Source of the DNA: Tubulanus polymorphus
Lineage: Eukaryota; Animalia; Nemertea
DNA length: 64,000 nucleotides
Reading direction: 5' to 3'
NCBI RefSeq assembly: GCF_964204645.1
Contig: NC_134030.1
Coordinates: 3,762,778 to 3,826,777 of the forward strand
Positions 48,308 through 62,600 of this stretch are shown here, in pieces (position 1 is the first letter of the stretch; every line of letters begins with the position of its first letter). The translations under genes and the position numbers were made by a program. The notes under the pieces are model-generated. The model did not search any database and was not told the DNA's origin. It was given only the letters and a program-made list of their open reading frames with translations.

Positions 48308-51300
48308 ATGACGCGAGTGAAGTATTGGTGTAATCTGTTCGTCTTGCTTCTTACCTTGGTTGATTCATTACTTTATGCAGAAGGTAAAGATTTCACATAA
48401 TGTTACCGATTAAAAACTACTTCATTACATCTTCGAATATCAGCTTCGTAGGTCGTAGGAAAATATCAATGACGCAACGGATTTTCTCGTTTTTCGTTCA
48501 GTTGTATATTTGTTAATACTTGTTTAGACTTCCTTCCGTCGGAATTATGTAGGCCTATAGATAGTGTTGTCGTAGCATATGTTGGGGTGACCACAGAACA
48601 GTTGTAGCTAGTCGTTGTTTTTTGTTGTATTGTGTATAGGTACATGTTTTGGTAGTAGTTGCTCCGGTTGGTTGTGTCATTGCGAAGAAACGGTCCGCGG
48701 TAGGTACAGCACTTACAAAAAGAAATCGTGTCCGTTGCAGTCATCAGATAGCCCTCTGACATGTCCAGAGTCGTCAACGCGGTGTGATTCTCATAGCAAA
48801 GATGGTCTTGAATGGCGATGGAAGGGACCCGGCTGCCAAATAGGTAATTTGTGATACTTAGTTTAAAACAATGTATAACAAAAATTTATACTCTATCCAC
48901 TCTACCGATAGCTAACATTTAGATATGTGTATATTTGTGTACATACATGATATATTGGCCTAACCGAAAATGCCTCATTAACAATAGCGATAATAGTCCG
49001 GGACACTTAAATTCTCGGCTATAATATTTTGGACCAAATCGCATTAACAACGCAATTAGTTATTAGTTATTTGCGTGAATAGCATTTCGATTATTGGGAT
49101 ACGTACATAGATTTATAGGACATATACGTAAGATTAGTTGAATAAATAAATGACTCTAACTACAGTGCATTTAAAATTGATACATTTTCAGTGGGTTACA
49201 TTCGACCATTCCTGAAAATGATATCAACGAAATAATATATACATAAATGCATATTTTCTATGTTTTCACAAAATTGGATCATCTTTTTCTTGCGCGCTCT
49301 GCATCGTCGATTTTATCTATTCTGTTGAATTTGATTCAAGGTAATGTAGCCTATTCAAAGAGTGTTACATTGTCATCGACGGGATCGAGTTGGTATGCAC
49401 CACGGTTATGCACGGATGGTAGAGCGTCAAACACATTTTGCGAAACAAGACAAGAGGATAATCCATGGCTATTGATCGACCTCGGCTCCAAACATGTCGT
49501 GCACTACGTGAACATCTGGCAAAAACGAAGCATCTCCTGCCATGGTAAGTACTGATTGGGACCGCGCGCGTTCTCTCATATTAGCATGCACGTATAAACT
49601 AGATTATACGTCTAGTTTATACGTCCATGATCTTAGTTGTGCAGCTGTAATCCCAATAAAACTGACCTTGTCGGTAACACCAGACCACATTGATTTGCAA
49701 CAATGGCGGAATTTTGCCAGTATTAGCAATAAATTGATATCTTTGCTTGTTGTGAGCAGATACTTATAATTGTTAAGATCTAAAAACAGATAATATAAAA
49801 AAGATAAATATTTTTCCTATAAGTTACATGTTTATATATACGTATATACTTTTTGCTATAATAATTCTGAAATTTTTATAGCAAAGTGGAACTTGATACA
49901 GAGTCGCGTTGGTGATAGAAAAGATGTTGGTAACGCATTGTGCGCGAACTATACACGCGTCGGTAGGTGCACCAAAAAGACAGAGAAACGTTGCGACGAA
50001 GCGCTCGTAGGACGGTATGTTTCGGTGCAAGTTTTAGGCTACGACAGATTGAGATTTTCAGAAATCGAAGTAACCGGATTCAAATATATCGGTAAGTAGT
50101 AATGGTTATGTAACTGTTCGTACTCGTTCATGAGTTAGGAAGTGAATTAAGAGACGATGAAACAATTTCAGATCCGAATGAGTGCACATATCCGGGTTCG
50201 TTCGGTTGTATGGCAGACGCTCGATGCAATCTCAACGTTCCCAATAGAGTCGACTATCTTACTGGATATTGCCACGGTGGCTGTAGCGCGAACTATATGG
50301 GCGAATTCTGCAACAAAGGTAGACATTGATCTTCCAGATTTTGTCTTCATAATAAAAAAAACGTCTAATTTCGTCAGCTTTCCGTAGACTCTTATTCACG
50401 GTCTCACTGATGCAAGATTTTAAACCTAATAATAAAGTTTGGCCTGAATCCTAACGATTAATTTCCAGAATTCGTTAATACGACGGGGATGGAATTTGTA
50501 TCCCGGCTTAACAGTATCATAGTCAATGTGAGCGGTATACAATATACGGACAACGTTGATTCGGGGAATGGTCGTATACGCGTTGGTTACCGCCTGCTGT
50601 ATAAAAAATGGGGAGCCAAGGACTGGATCGTAGCGAGCACTGAGCCACCGGCTGAACCGGGGGATGATCCTAACAAAGTAAAACCGCTACGGCAGAAGGT
50701 TGTAACGGGTCTCGAAGCTAACACCTTTTACGAGTTTGCCGTCGCTTTACGTAAAATCAAAGCCAATTTGAATTCGACGCTACTGAGTGGAGGTAAACCA
50801 ACGTATACACTGTGTCACGGTAAGTAAACTGAAGCTGTAGTTACGGAATTAGATTTTTGAAAGAAATCCAATAATCATAATCAAGTGTGTTTTCGTTAGA
50901 ACCATTGGTTGGTCCACAGGTGACTGGATTACGACAGGACGTTTCGGAAGACACGTTTATTGTACAAATCGAACGTGAGGCAAGTCAAGTTCTCCATGCC
51001 CGAACACGGGATGTCTCACAGAGTATCGCTTTGTGTGACACGAAGCATTAGTCTTATGTCTTTTTGACTAGACAATTTCATCGACATTTTGCAACATTTT
51101 TCAGTCGCTTGGACCGGTTCAACGACGATGCAGCGTACCGGGTACAATGTATGCAGTTTTCTTGAGCTCAGCAACGAAACCAACATGGGAAAATTATGGT
51201 CCGGTCATACGAATTAGAGACCTTAAACCCTACACGAAATACCGACTTAAAGTAGGTATCAAGAATAGAGGGAACGCTAATTTTGTCTTCGGAAAAATTC

Positions 51301-53030
51301 GCGAATTCTTCACTGGATCCGCAGGTATTCCATAGTAGCACATGCTGTTGATCTTACTTCCGGTCCGAAATTATGATTGAAATATTCTGTAAAATATGTC
51401 GTCATTATTAATTTCTAGTCACCCAGGTGACAGCAACAAACACGTCATCAGGTGCCGTGAAAATCGCGTGGAACGTTCCAGAACCTCTGCAAAATCTACG
51501 GTTTAAGTTCACTGGAAGATATCGGTTGAGAAATTTCATAGCCTGTCCACAGCGTCGCCTAGATACTTATCAGAAACTAAGGGATAGATATCCATTTCCG
51601 ACGAAAATCAACGAATTAGAAGTGTTCGGATTAAAGGGCCACGCCGTGTATGAAATGACAGTAAAACCGGTTGCATTAGATGAAAGTATCCTGGATCGTG
51701 AAGCAGTTACGATAAATGTAACTACAGCCGCTACAGGTAGTCCTTAATGTGTGTGTGTCGAACCCCAGTTCAGCCGTTTTCATAGTCTAAATACGTTCAT
51801 TGTCAATTATTTTCTAAAACTTGTGGAACTTAGCCTTGCCATCATACATCTTATCGTTTTTATTAAGGGATTAAACTTTTTTTTTCAGCTCCCGAAGGTA
51901 CACCAGATCGACCATTTGTAATGCCAGAACGATTGGATCTCGATACAGTCAAAGAAAAGACCTTAGCCCGTGTGACCTTCCATGATATTCCGTGTGACAA
52001 GAAAAATGGCCAATTCACCGGCTTCCACTATAAACTTTACGAGAAAGATACCGGTGAATTGATTCAGGATAACGTTACAATGAGAGAAGAACGGTTTATT
52101 CTCTCCGATCTGAAGCCGTTCACGGAATATTTACTGAGTTATAGTTGGACGAGTAGAGCTGGTGAAAGTCTTCAATCGGAAACTAATCAATTCAAGACGG
52201 ATGAAACTAGTAAGTAACGCGTTAAGCTTGTAAAATAGGAATGAATTTAACGCTTTACCAAAACAACCTCGCCTAAGCAACGACTGTACACTTAAATCTC
52301 ATTACAACAAACTTCAGGGCAATGAAAATAATATTCGTTATAACCAATAGTTCGTTGTATTTAGTATGAAATGAATAAGCTTGTTTTACTCGTGACAAAA
52401 TTTCTGTGTTGGTTACGTATATCATAAATCGTGTCATACCCAAGTTTGTTATAACCGGATTCCACTATATTCTTACCATTTGTTACTTAATACTGTCTTC
52501 AAATTTTCACACTTTCCACTCCTCTTTCTCCCGAAAGTAACTTAATATTCAATATCAACTTTCTCGTCCTCGTGATTTTGATTCCAGTCCTTTTAAGGGT
52601 GCAGATAAAGCTTGAATTGGCTGAACGCGACGGTAACAGTGATACAGGCTTCACCGTCGAGTTCTATCACGACGCAATCGTTCCCGGAGTTCTTCTAAAA
52701 TATGCCTTGCAGTGTGGAGAGACGACCAGTGCCGGCGTCGAGCCGGGTAAACCAACTCTTTCATATTGGGATGTCGACAAATCTGTCAAGAAACTACCTA
52801 TCCAGGTTGATGACTTGAAGCCAGTTACGTGGTATGGATGTAGGGTAAGTAAGGCATGCGATTCAGTAGCATTACTTTCTCTGCAGGTAGATAATGATAT
52901 GATATGATATGATATGATATAATATGATATGATATGATATTCTTATTTGATTCAGGCAAGCGCACGAAGCAAGAAGGGTTGGGGTCCGGCTTCACCGTAC
53001 GTCTACATACAAACAGCACCACGTGATTAA
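48308..53030 (+). CDS. Secreted F5/8-type C (fucolectin-like) + EGF-like + 5x fibronectin type III protein (~820 aa)
   Basis: Exons 48308-48383, 48640-48843, 49341-49544, 49882-50091, 50172-50318, 50469-50819, 50900-50979, 51105-51324, 51419-51736, 51889-52209, 52588-52844, 52956-53030. F5/8: NVAYSK..CTDG..NPWLLIDLG..GRYVSVQ..FSEIEV. EGF-like: GYCHGGCSANYMGEFC. FN3: GLEANTFYEF, DLKPYTKYRL, GLKGHAVYEM, DLKPFTEYLL, DLKPVTWYGC. Confidence 0.87.
52895..52940. repeat. (GATAT)n pentanucleotide repeat in an intron
   Basis: About 9 gatat units. Confidence 0.9.
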
Positions 53031-53676
53031 GTTGTATCTAAGATTGCAACGGAAGTGAAACAGCATAACAATAATGCGTATGGTAGTTTCAATATAGATT
53101 GTACGAGAAATTCCTAGTAGTGGTCTGGCAAAAGTACTTTCAAACAAAATATAGCTCTTTATGCCAAAGCAATGCAGCTTATAGTTTTTTCTTGTATCTC
53201 ATTTGAAAACTCGTTCTTTGAGTCGTTACCAGTTCAGAAACTAACCAAACGACGATGACAATCTTCCACGCATCCGAAAGGACAGATCTACATAAATGAC
53301 TGGGGTGTGCTCTTTCTTTAATTCAATTTATTAACAGCAAACTGATATAAGATACAAAAAAGATACCTGCCAGTCTGGAATAACGCATTATGGACATGTT
53401 GATCAAATAATTACAAAATATATATGATAACATGACTTGAATGATAGTTAAAACAAAGTGTGATAAAAGTAATTATGAATGGATTGAAATTTGTAAGATA
53501 AAGAATTGAATAACACTTAAAAATGTAAAAAATTGGAAATTGTAGTGGACGAAGAAAGATACGTACCGATGAATAAAAACAAGATAGTAACAAAAAGATG
53601 ATTTGGTAACACATTAAATGGGTGATCTTCTAACAGATATGTATGAATAAACACACATAAGAATAAACACACAAAA

Positions 53677-56600
53677 CTACAAAGCTACATCCCAGATAAC
53701 CAATTCATCGATGAGATATGTCCAGTCTTTGCAGTAATTCCGACTATTTTTGTGGTTAACTTCCATTTGCCACGAGCAACCGTCATCAACCAAGTCTTGT
53801 AGCAGTTCACCGGCGAGGACGGCGTGCCAAATCGATGCGTCTTCGATTATCATTTCGGCCACGTATGTACCGTTGTTCGGTCTTATGGAATACCCGAGTC
53901 TAGTTGGACTGGATAAACGAATCTCGTCGTTGCTTTCGAAGGCTTTCATCGTATCCGAACATAACTCGTCGTCATACGAGGTGATTACTAGTTTTGGACG
54001 AATGGTGAAACCATCGGCGCTATTTTTACTCACGCTGATTTCGAGCGTTATTTTAGCCGTCAGATTTTCACAGGATATCAAAGAAAATGTACACGTTTGT
54101 CCGTTCGTAGGCAACGCATCGGTAACATAGGTTTCATCGAAATCGAAATGCAGTACGACCGACATTGACGGTGATTTGGCTTTCAACAGTTCTGCATCGC
54201 GCGCAAATTTCACTAGAGTACCGTAACTCCCTTTAACTAGCAAACGTCGGCCGTGATATCCCGGCACAAGAACGGGCGGTGGCCCGTCTATTGTGGCCCT
54301 CACACCGGATATGTTATCGATGAAGGAGGACTCGTAAAACTCATCGAATGACCAATAATGTCGTACGCGATTCGACCACCAACCTTCCGGTCGCAGTTCA
54401 TTGTCGAGCAGTCGCGAACTTATCGGACCTAGGAAAAACCACGAAAGATACGAATCATCACAGAACTGATTTTACAATTTGTCTTAAGCCGGACGAAGGT
54501 CGACCTTGCGATGCGACGCGATCGTCGCTGGCGTTCGCAGTGAGTCGCGTCGCAGTGAGTCGCAAGCCGTCGCAAGGCCGACCTACGCCCGGCTTTAGAA
54601 TCGTCCAGATGGCTAGTAATTGTCGGTACCTTTTTTCTTTTGACATATTGTACCTAGAGGCTGGCTGTCACAACGAACTTTCGTCATCTTGCCAATGGAG
54701 CTCAGTAACACACAGTTCTCTTCACTGGCGCTCCTTTCTACTCGAGAGGATGGGTCCCTTACGATATCTACTACTCCGAAAAATAGTTGTTTGCTACCAT
54801 CCCGGGCTAGGTAGACTGTCTTATCGGACGTTTTGGCCCAGTCTAAAGATATAAAAAAGTTGCTTTTTATGAGGTAAGCAATACAGAACATCCGTACAAC
54901 ATAGTCTATTTTACCTATGAACGTTTGGTCAATATTTTCCGCCAGTATAATTTCTGACAGGAACATAAGTTCTTCAACGTTTCTCGGCGATGCGACTTTA
55001 GCCTCGTCTAGTTTGGCGCATTCTCTATCGGCAGTTATTCTATCGACACGGGATTTCACCATGAAGTAGCAGTAGGATTCAAATTCGACCCAACCATCAG
55101 GACACGGATAGTCTGAAAAAGGATTGCGCTTTTGAATGGAAGATTGATGATTGATTTATTTGGATATAGATGTGTTGTGTGGTTCTTTCTGCCCGATTAC
55201 CGATTGGTTCTTGTTGGTCGCAGATGATAAAATCAACTGCGAGTCCAACACGAGTCTCCTGTCGTGGAACAGTTATCTCCGTGCGATTCGTTAAATTTCC
55301 CACCAACCGTAACATGCCATTTTTGGTGGATGTTGGACCCTATAAAAACAATATGAGACCGTATAATATGACGAAATCACGGATAATATTAGTTTAATTA
55401 CATAAGCCCATGTAACAGTTCATGATATAAAATCCCGCATTACAGATGAGAGACGAGTGCAAAAAGTTTCCTTATTAGTTAGTTCATAGTATTCGACATT
55501 TCGAATACATTGTCATCTGCACTTATATGACTTGTATCCTGACGATGACGACTCAAATTTACGTGTTTAAAACAATTTTTCATATCTACCTGTAATCGAT
55601 TTGATACCATTGTTTTTACACCGTTCGGCCAAACATTTTTCACAACCAATGATTCGACGTAATACGTCCTAGAAGCACGCACCACTGGGCGAATTAATAA
55701 CCCTCGCATATTTTGGAGCTGAAAATTAAAGAAGTTTTTCCATTCTCAACCCGATATGACTTTAAATTAATAATCAGATTTGCATGTGATGCAACTCTTT
55801 AACATCGAGGCAGATTATGGGAAGGCTTAACCACCTGAATGAAAAAAGGCAATTTCCAGCTTTGACGGAATGACATGAAATACGAAAATGTTCCCGATTT
55901 TACATAATAATGTTTCAAAATAAATGCACTGTATCACGAGCGTTCATGGGATTATAACTAGCACATCTTCATATACGGCAAGGTTGCTGGGAGGCAACAT
56001 GCTATACTTCTGATTCTAGATATTTCAGGTAATTATTATTTACCTCTTCAGCTATGGATATAATAATAGTGACGTCAGTATTGACAACTCTGTCGGCGAC
56101 CCACCCAGTTGACCAATCAGATTCGTCCTCGAAGCCACCCAATAACGAATTCGGGTATTTTCCGGATGTCGACACTGTAACTTCTGCTCTCGGTCGCTTT
56201 ATGTTATTCGTAGTAGAATAAACATTACGACATTGCGAGGATTTCTTTGCATCTGTTGCTGTAAGTGAAAGAGACGGATGCGCGATCATGTACAGTTTCT
56301 TCTTTATAATAATGTGCACATTTTTGAACAATCGATTACTTATCATCTCACCTTTCTTATCGTACATACATAATACGTATTTAACATCTCTATCACAACT
56401 AGCTCCCACTATGCTTCCATCGTTTTTTAAAGTCATACAGTCATCATCTGGAAATACATGTAATAATTACCGGAATCGATTACTGTAATTTAGTTTCCAT
56501 AAATTTGACGAAAGGACAACAATGTTAATACGAGATTATCAAATCGTTAACAGTCGGTTTTATAGTTGGAATAGGTAAACATGGTGGATTCTAATGTGCT

Positions 56601-59600
56601 AATTTTGTGTGAGAAATTGAAAACGATGATTACTTATTGCATGAAACGGATTTGAAAAACTGTAGTCTGTAAAGGTGCCGCCGCCTCCTATGATCTTCCA
56701 TGGAGTCGCCGGATTTCCATTTTCCCGCCAAGCGCCGAGCCAAACCCTAGAATAATTTTATTAGATTAAATTTCAAAATGGAAATAGTTAGAAATTCTTC
56801 ACGATTTCAAACCTGATCATATGTATATAACATAATTTTGATTTAACTGCAGAGGAGCCACAGTAGGGTAAGAGTGACAAAAGTTTTGATAGTTTGCTGG
56901 AAGATACCTGTCGATATTTAATTCTTTTATATAGTCAGTGACCAGCTTTCGTGTCTGTGCCGTTTTCAGCAAGGCCACATCGCCTCCGAGAATCGTTCTG
57001 CACATGTTCTGAGCGGTAAAAAGTCTTACTCTTCTTTCTCTCTGGGTTTTCAATAACTTGAAATAAAGTCCAGTGTACGGGTCACGGCGCCCGGCTGAAA
57101 ATGACAAAAACACGTATATATCATTGAATATCGTGGGAATTACTTTCTTTCTTAACATAAACCTGCCTGAGTTCAAGGAACAGAACGTTAGCTTGGTTTG
57201 TGAGCACGCCGATGTCGTGTATGTATCTGATGAGTACGATACACATCCGTTGCTCGATAAGTCTAACGCCAGCACTGCCGGGTGTTGGATGCTGACGTAC
57301 GGGTTACCGTCTGAAAATCTGCAAAATTGCAAATCATCGATGTGTATTTTGTATTTGCATTGATGATAAGTTATTCTTCTATGTAATACAAACTACGATA
57401 AAACTGATTTTGAAAATGTTCACCTCGGTTCTGATTCGGTGACGTATACTCCCGTCCAAGTATGATCGTTCATCGCCTCAACCTGCTTTTTGATTGCTAG
57501 GCGGGAGCTGACGAGATTACCCCCAATTCTGCGACACCAAAACTCAGCTTCCAACCACTGCAATCTTGCTCCTATCCTCGTAGTAGTTTCTGCCGAAAAT
57601 TCGGCGGCTACGTCTGAAAACATTAGGACTTTTAACTGTTAATTGATAAGAAAGAAGATTATTTAAACAGAAGTAAATTCAACTCTCTACATTGTAGAAC
57701 ATATTTTAAGGAGTCATGCGTTCTTACCTTTGATATAGCGATTTCTATTGTCATTTATGGGGATAGACATGATTTGTTTTGTTATTTAGCACTGATGATT
57801 ATCATGATATATCATAATCATTAAATGATTATGCTCATGAATATATTGTTTGCAATATATTAACACGAGATGATAATGGGTTTGAAATATACCGAACATG
57901 TTCTTACCATTCGGGCAATATTGTTTGATGAATGCAGTTGAATTAGCCGTCGACGGCTTCAGATTAGGCCGTGGAGAAATAGTCGTGGCGCATGATCCGC
58001 TTGAGTATTGAAACCCGGTGCAAGTTGCTGCATTCGCGCATTGCTCACGACACGTCTTCTTATCGATAATCGTCGGTGTTCCACTTATCGATAAGATATG
58101 ATGACGTATTTCCCGAAAGTTATTCACCGATTTACAAATTTCTTGGTTGAAATCGGTATTTTCTGTATAAAGAGACACGTGGTTGAGATATACGCACGAG
58201 AGAAATCCCACAATAAATATTCAGCCGAAGATGAAAAAAACTTCTTGAATAGAAGTGTGAAAACTATGACCAATGTTTCAGCTAAAACTGTTAATTATGT
58301 ACTTCGATTTAAACAAAAACAAAAAAAAATTCTGTAAACTCGACCGCCGATCACACAACTATATCTGTACTTCGATTTCCGATTTCAAAAACACCTTGTT
58401 TCGCTCCCGGCAGGTGTGTTGGGTATATGTAAGGGACACTAAATCGAAAAATCAAACGAAATTTTCCAGCCAAATAAATAACAGAGACAATCCCTATTTT
58501 AAGATAAAAAAAACTGTTGGCCATCAACAGGCGTACGTGCTTAAGATATACAGGATATCGACGAGGTCATGGTGGAGCTATTCGAAAAGATGAATGATTG
58601 TGGAATGAACCTCAAACCTGTATATTTGCTGTCTACATCTCGTATCCACATTTTGAAATGTCTGCTTGCTACATCTGTAATCCAGGACACCAAACTATCG
58701 TTTTTACTGAACAGCGTTCCTGCATATTCACAAGTCGAATTGAAATCGTCAGCAGTTGTTATCATTCTGTAGAATAATGCAACATTTACTATAATTTCTT
58801 TATTCATACCAGACTCTAAATAAAGATTTGATATAAATCAAAACACTCACCCGGCAGGTACTACCAGTCCATTGGCATCTGTGATATTTTTTGAGACTGT
58901 ATATGGTTTCGTTTGACTGATACCGAATCCTGGTTTTTGGTAATCCCACGAATTGAATATGCGGGTCAATATGATGTCATGATTGATAGGGTTTGCTGGT
59001 TCGATGAAACGTCCATTTGGTTTGGGGTGGGTCCATATACCACCATAGAAACTATTGCAACAGCAGAGAAATACGAGCAAATTAGAATCAAATAAAGCGT
59101 TCATAACGTTTTTATCTATTTTCAAAAAGGTTGGGGCTATAGAACCGTCTTATCATAAATAATCAGTTATAAAACTTACCCAGATTCCAATTCTATCAGA
59201 TATTGAAACGATGATACACCAGGACTCGGGGTAAGCAAAGGTTCCAGGCCGGTATGATTGGTCGTCAAAATATTATGTGAACCAGCTGTAAATAGGAAAT
59301 GATAAAGTATTCGATATTTTGCAATCACGATATTTGTATGAATTAATGCGCATTTACCTAAGAACAGGGTCCAATCTCCGCCGTAACGATACATGTCGCA
59401 GTAAACACGTGTCCAACCGATTGTTGCGTTTTCCAGCCAATAGTATCCTGTAGATATCGCGAATCTATCTTTGAACATTCTATAGACATCCGAACACTTC
59501 TGAGGTACTAATGTGAAGATCAAACATGAAGATCAGATTCAGAATGTACCTTTATTCTCCTGGGTCCAGTTCCACAGTTCTGAGTTAAGATTTGACCCTG

Positions 59601-62600
59601 GGTTAAGACATTGAAAATGAACTAACTTTAACTCAGAGTTAACTCTCTCACAACTGTGGAACTGGACCCTGTAGTTTATACTTCAACAAATAAACCGAAG
59701 TCTCTATTTTACTCATGAACTTTTTGTTTTGTTTCTTACACTTTCTGTCTTCAATGAGTCTCCATTTAACGCCTGTAACACTACCCGTTCCAACCATTTT
59801 AGACACTGGATTCGTCCCAGTCACGATTGCTCGATTGGCTACGTCAAACCATGGTAACGCGTCATCCGGCCATTGCTCGTAATTGTTCACTTGAGATTTT
59901 GATATTGAAACTTGCGGGTCGGCACTCGTGCGTACAATCTTTAACATATTTGATGCGGAAAACTGTGAAATTATTTTCTCACCATCTTTCAAACCTGAGA
60001 TTGTGTACTGCAAATAAAGCATTGATTTATTCAATTGACTTTCTCATGATTAACGGAATTGTTTGAATAATTGTTTTTCTTATCAATGTAAAATCCAACC
60101 TGAAATGTTCCCTCGTTGCCACCATACTTAATATCATCTGCCATCATGAATATTGAATAATCACCCTCGGCCGACATTGTTGGATAATCGAATATTTTCT
60201 TTATTTCTGCCCAAGGTGAAGTTGTCTCTGCCGCCAGTATCAGGGTACTCGCTGACTTCTGACGCCTTGAAATTCGACAGTGTACCGCCACATTTCGCCC
60301 ACGAATTTGGACATTTTGCGCACTCGTCTCGAAATTGTGCGCTACTCTGCCGTTGAGTGCCATATTGGTAATGAAAATATCGTTACAGGATGATGGATAT
60401 TCTAAAGAGATTGCCACTATATGATTATAATTTTGACAGTTCATCTCGTTGGTTTTTCTCTTCACGGTTGAAATTACCTGAAATCTGTTTTTCTCTTATC
60501 CAAATATGAACCCGGTATCTGCTGGGCACTAGCAACTTTGTACCTAAGTACAACTTGTTTTGTACGACGCGTAACATTCTCAAATCAATGTTAGCAAAAG
60601 TTGATCGAAATTCATCAGACATGTAAACAACTTCAATCGAACCTTGATTGTCGAAAACGCTGTTCATACCATACGAAGTGCTAGCTTTCGCTATCAGAAA
60701 CTGTTCGGTATTCAATTCAATACGAAACTGTAAAAGCCATTAGTTAGAACACATTTTGGAACTGCTCGAAAAAATGACTGATAGCAAGATTAATTAAATG
60801 TACGAGAGCTTAGCTCACCCACCTCAAACTCATTCCCACAACCACTAGCAATGATTTCTTTAGATAACCCCAATATGGAATATTTATCGGTGATAGTGAC
60901 TGTCCCGGTGTTGGCGAAAGCTGCCGCGTTCTGCCATTCTTGAGTCGGTGGCGCCGACAAAACCAACGTCCACCCACCGCCGTGACGTTTCATGTCACAA
61001 ATCACCCGATGGATGTTACCGTCGACTGTGATCTGGTAAAATCCATCGCGCGGGTGCTGGTCTAAGTACGAGCGCGTCATGAAATCGTTACAAGATGTGT
61101 ATATCGAGCCTTCGAGAAGAAAACAGGCGCAAAATGATTAAAATCGGACTGAATTTCAGTTTTAACTAATCTGGTCGAAATTATATGTATCAATCGCGTC
61201 AAATCAATCGATACGTTTGTTTACGCGCGAGCCATTTGATATATCGTATGTACCTGTTCCGGGTGATGGTGGCGGATATCCGATCGTTGCAGCGATCTTT
61301 CGCGGTAGATCTCTCGTCAAAGTTGGACTTGACAATTCGAATGATCTCCATGTAATACCGTAATCATAAGCAGCAATATTTAATTCCAACTAAACGTGGA
61401 ATCAACAGAACGAATCATAAATAATCAGAATCCGTTATTTGGCAAAATCGGCGCAAACTTTGCCGGAAATAGAATTCGACATAGATTATTTCTAAATTCA
61501 AATAAGACTTCGATCAATTTGAATTCACATTTAAAACCGATACATTACATACATACCGACGTAAGAGACAATGCGATACTGCTCGTTACTTTCACCGATG
61601 AAATATATTCGAACTCCACTGGACATCGGAAATAAACAACCCTATAAACAATTACGAACGAAGTTCCTTTATTACAAACGACTCAAATAGATACACAATA
61701 ACACGCGTGAAAAGATATATGAAAAGGGGACGGAGTTTCGTGAAAAATCGAACTAATTTCGGCTTAGGTTTACTCAAATTAGCGATCGTTTGAAAGCTAA
61801 GTTTCTATTTTCATTGTGTCAATACGGAGCGACGTAAAATATGAGATTTAGAATAAATTAAAAAAATCATCATAAATGACATATATAAAGACCCCTAGTG
61901 ACCCAATGGCTGTGAACACATTGGCTGTAGCATGAAAGTTTTTTTTTTGTGGAGCTGGAGGACTCGGACACATACTGGACCTAGGTTCTGTGTTCATTTG
62001 GAATGGCGATTCGATCGACAACCATAAACTGTCTCGATTTTGCTATCGTTGTGACTTTCACGTCGAATGATTCCCGATAAAACCAGAGAGATAATGATCG
62101 TTTTGAATGATTGCAAAAATGAATTATTCAGGTAAAACGCGCTATTGCCCGTTACTGTACTCCAGTTATGAGGTTGACAACCATAAACTCGATTTTAATA
62201 ATTTAGTATAAACTGTTTAATAGTGAGGAAATAAACACTCCAATGCACTCAAATTGATTGAATTTGACTGTCGGGTAGCCTGAAACTCAATCTGACTGTC
62301 TTATTGATATACATGTAACAGCGCACCATGTCAAGTTCATTAATGATACCCCTTGCTCCGTGAGAATAAAACACCGAACTAGATTTGCAGCAAAATTTTT
62401 AATAACACGTATGCATCTAACACGTATGCGTATAGGAAACCCAGACGGACTGAATCGCCACGAGGTTACTCAGTGGGCGGAGTTCAACAAGTGATAAGAA
62501 ACGTGTTTGGAACACGTGATAAATAAACTACGCTGGCTCTCATAAAACATTTTATCTCCTAACGTAAATAAAATTCCTATTGGGAAACAATTGATTTATC

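Noticed and set aside
53750-54854. Plus-strand ORFs of 126 and 168 aa
   Set aside because: Antisense shadows of the lectin gene's exons and of the GC-rich MITE.
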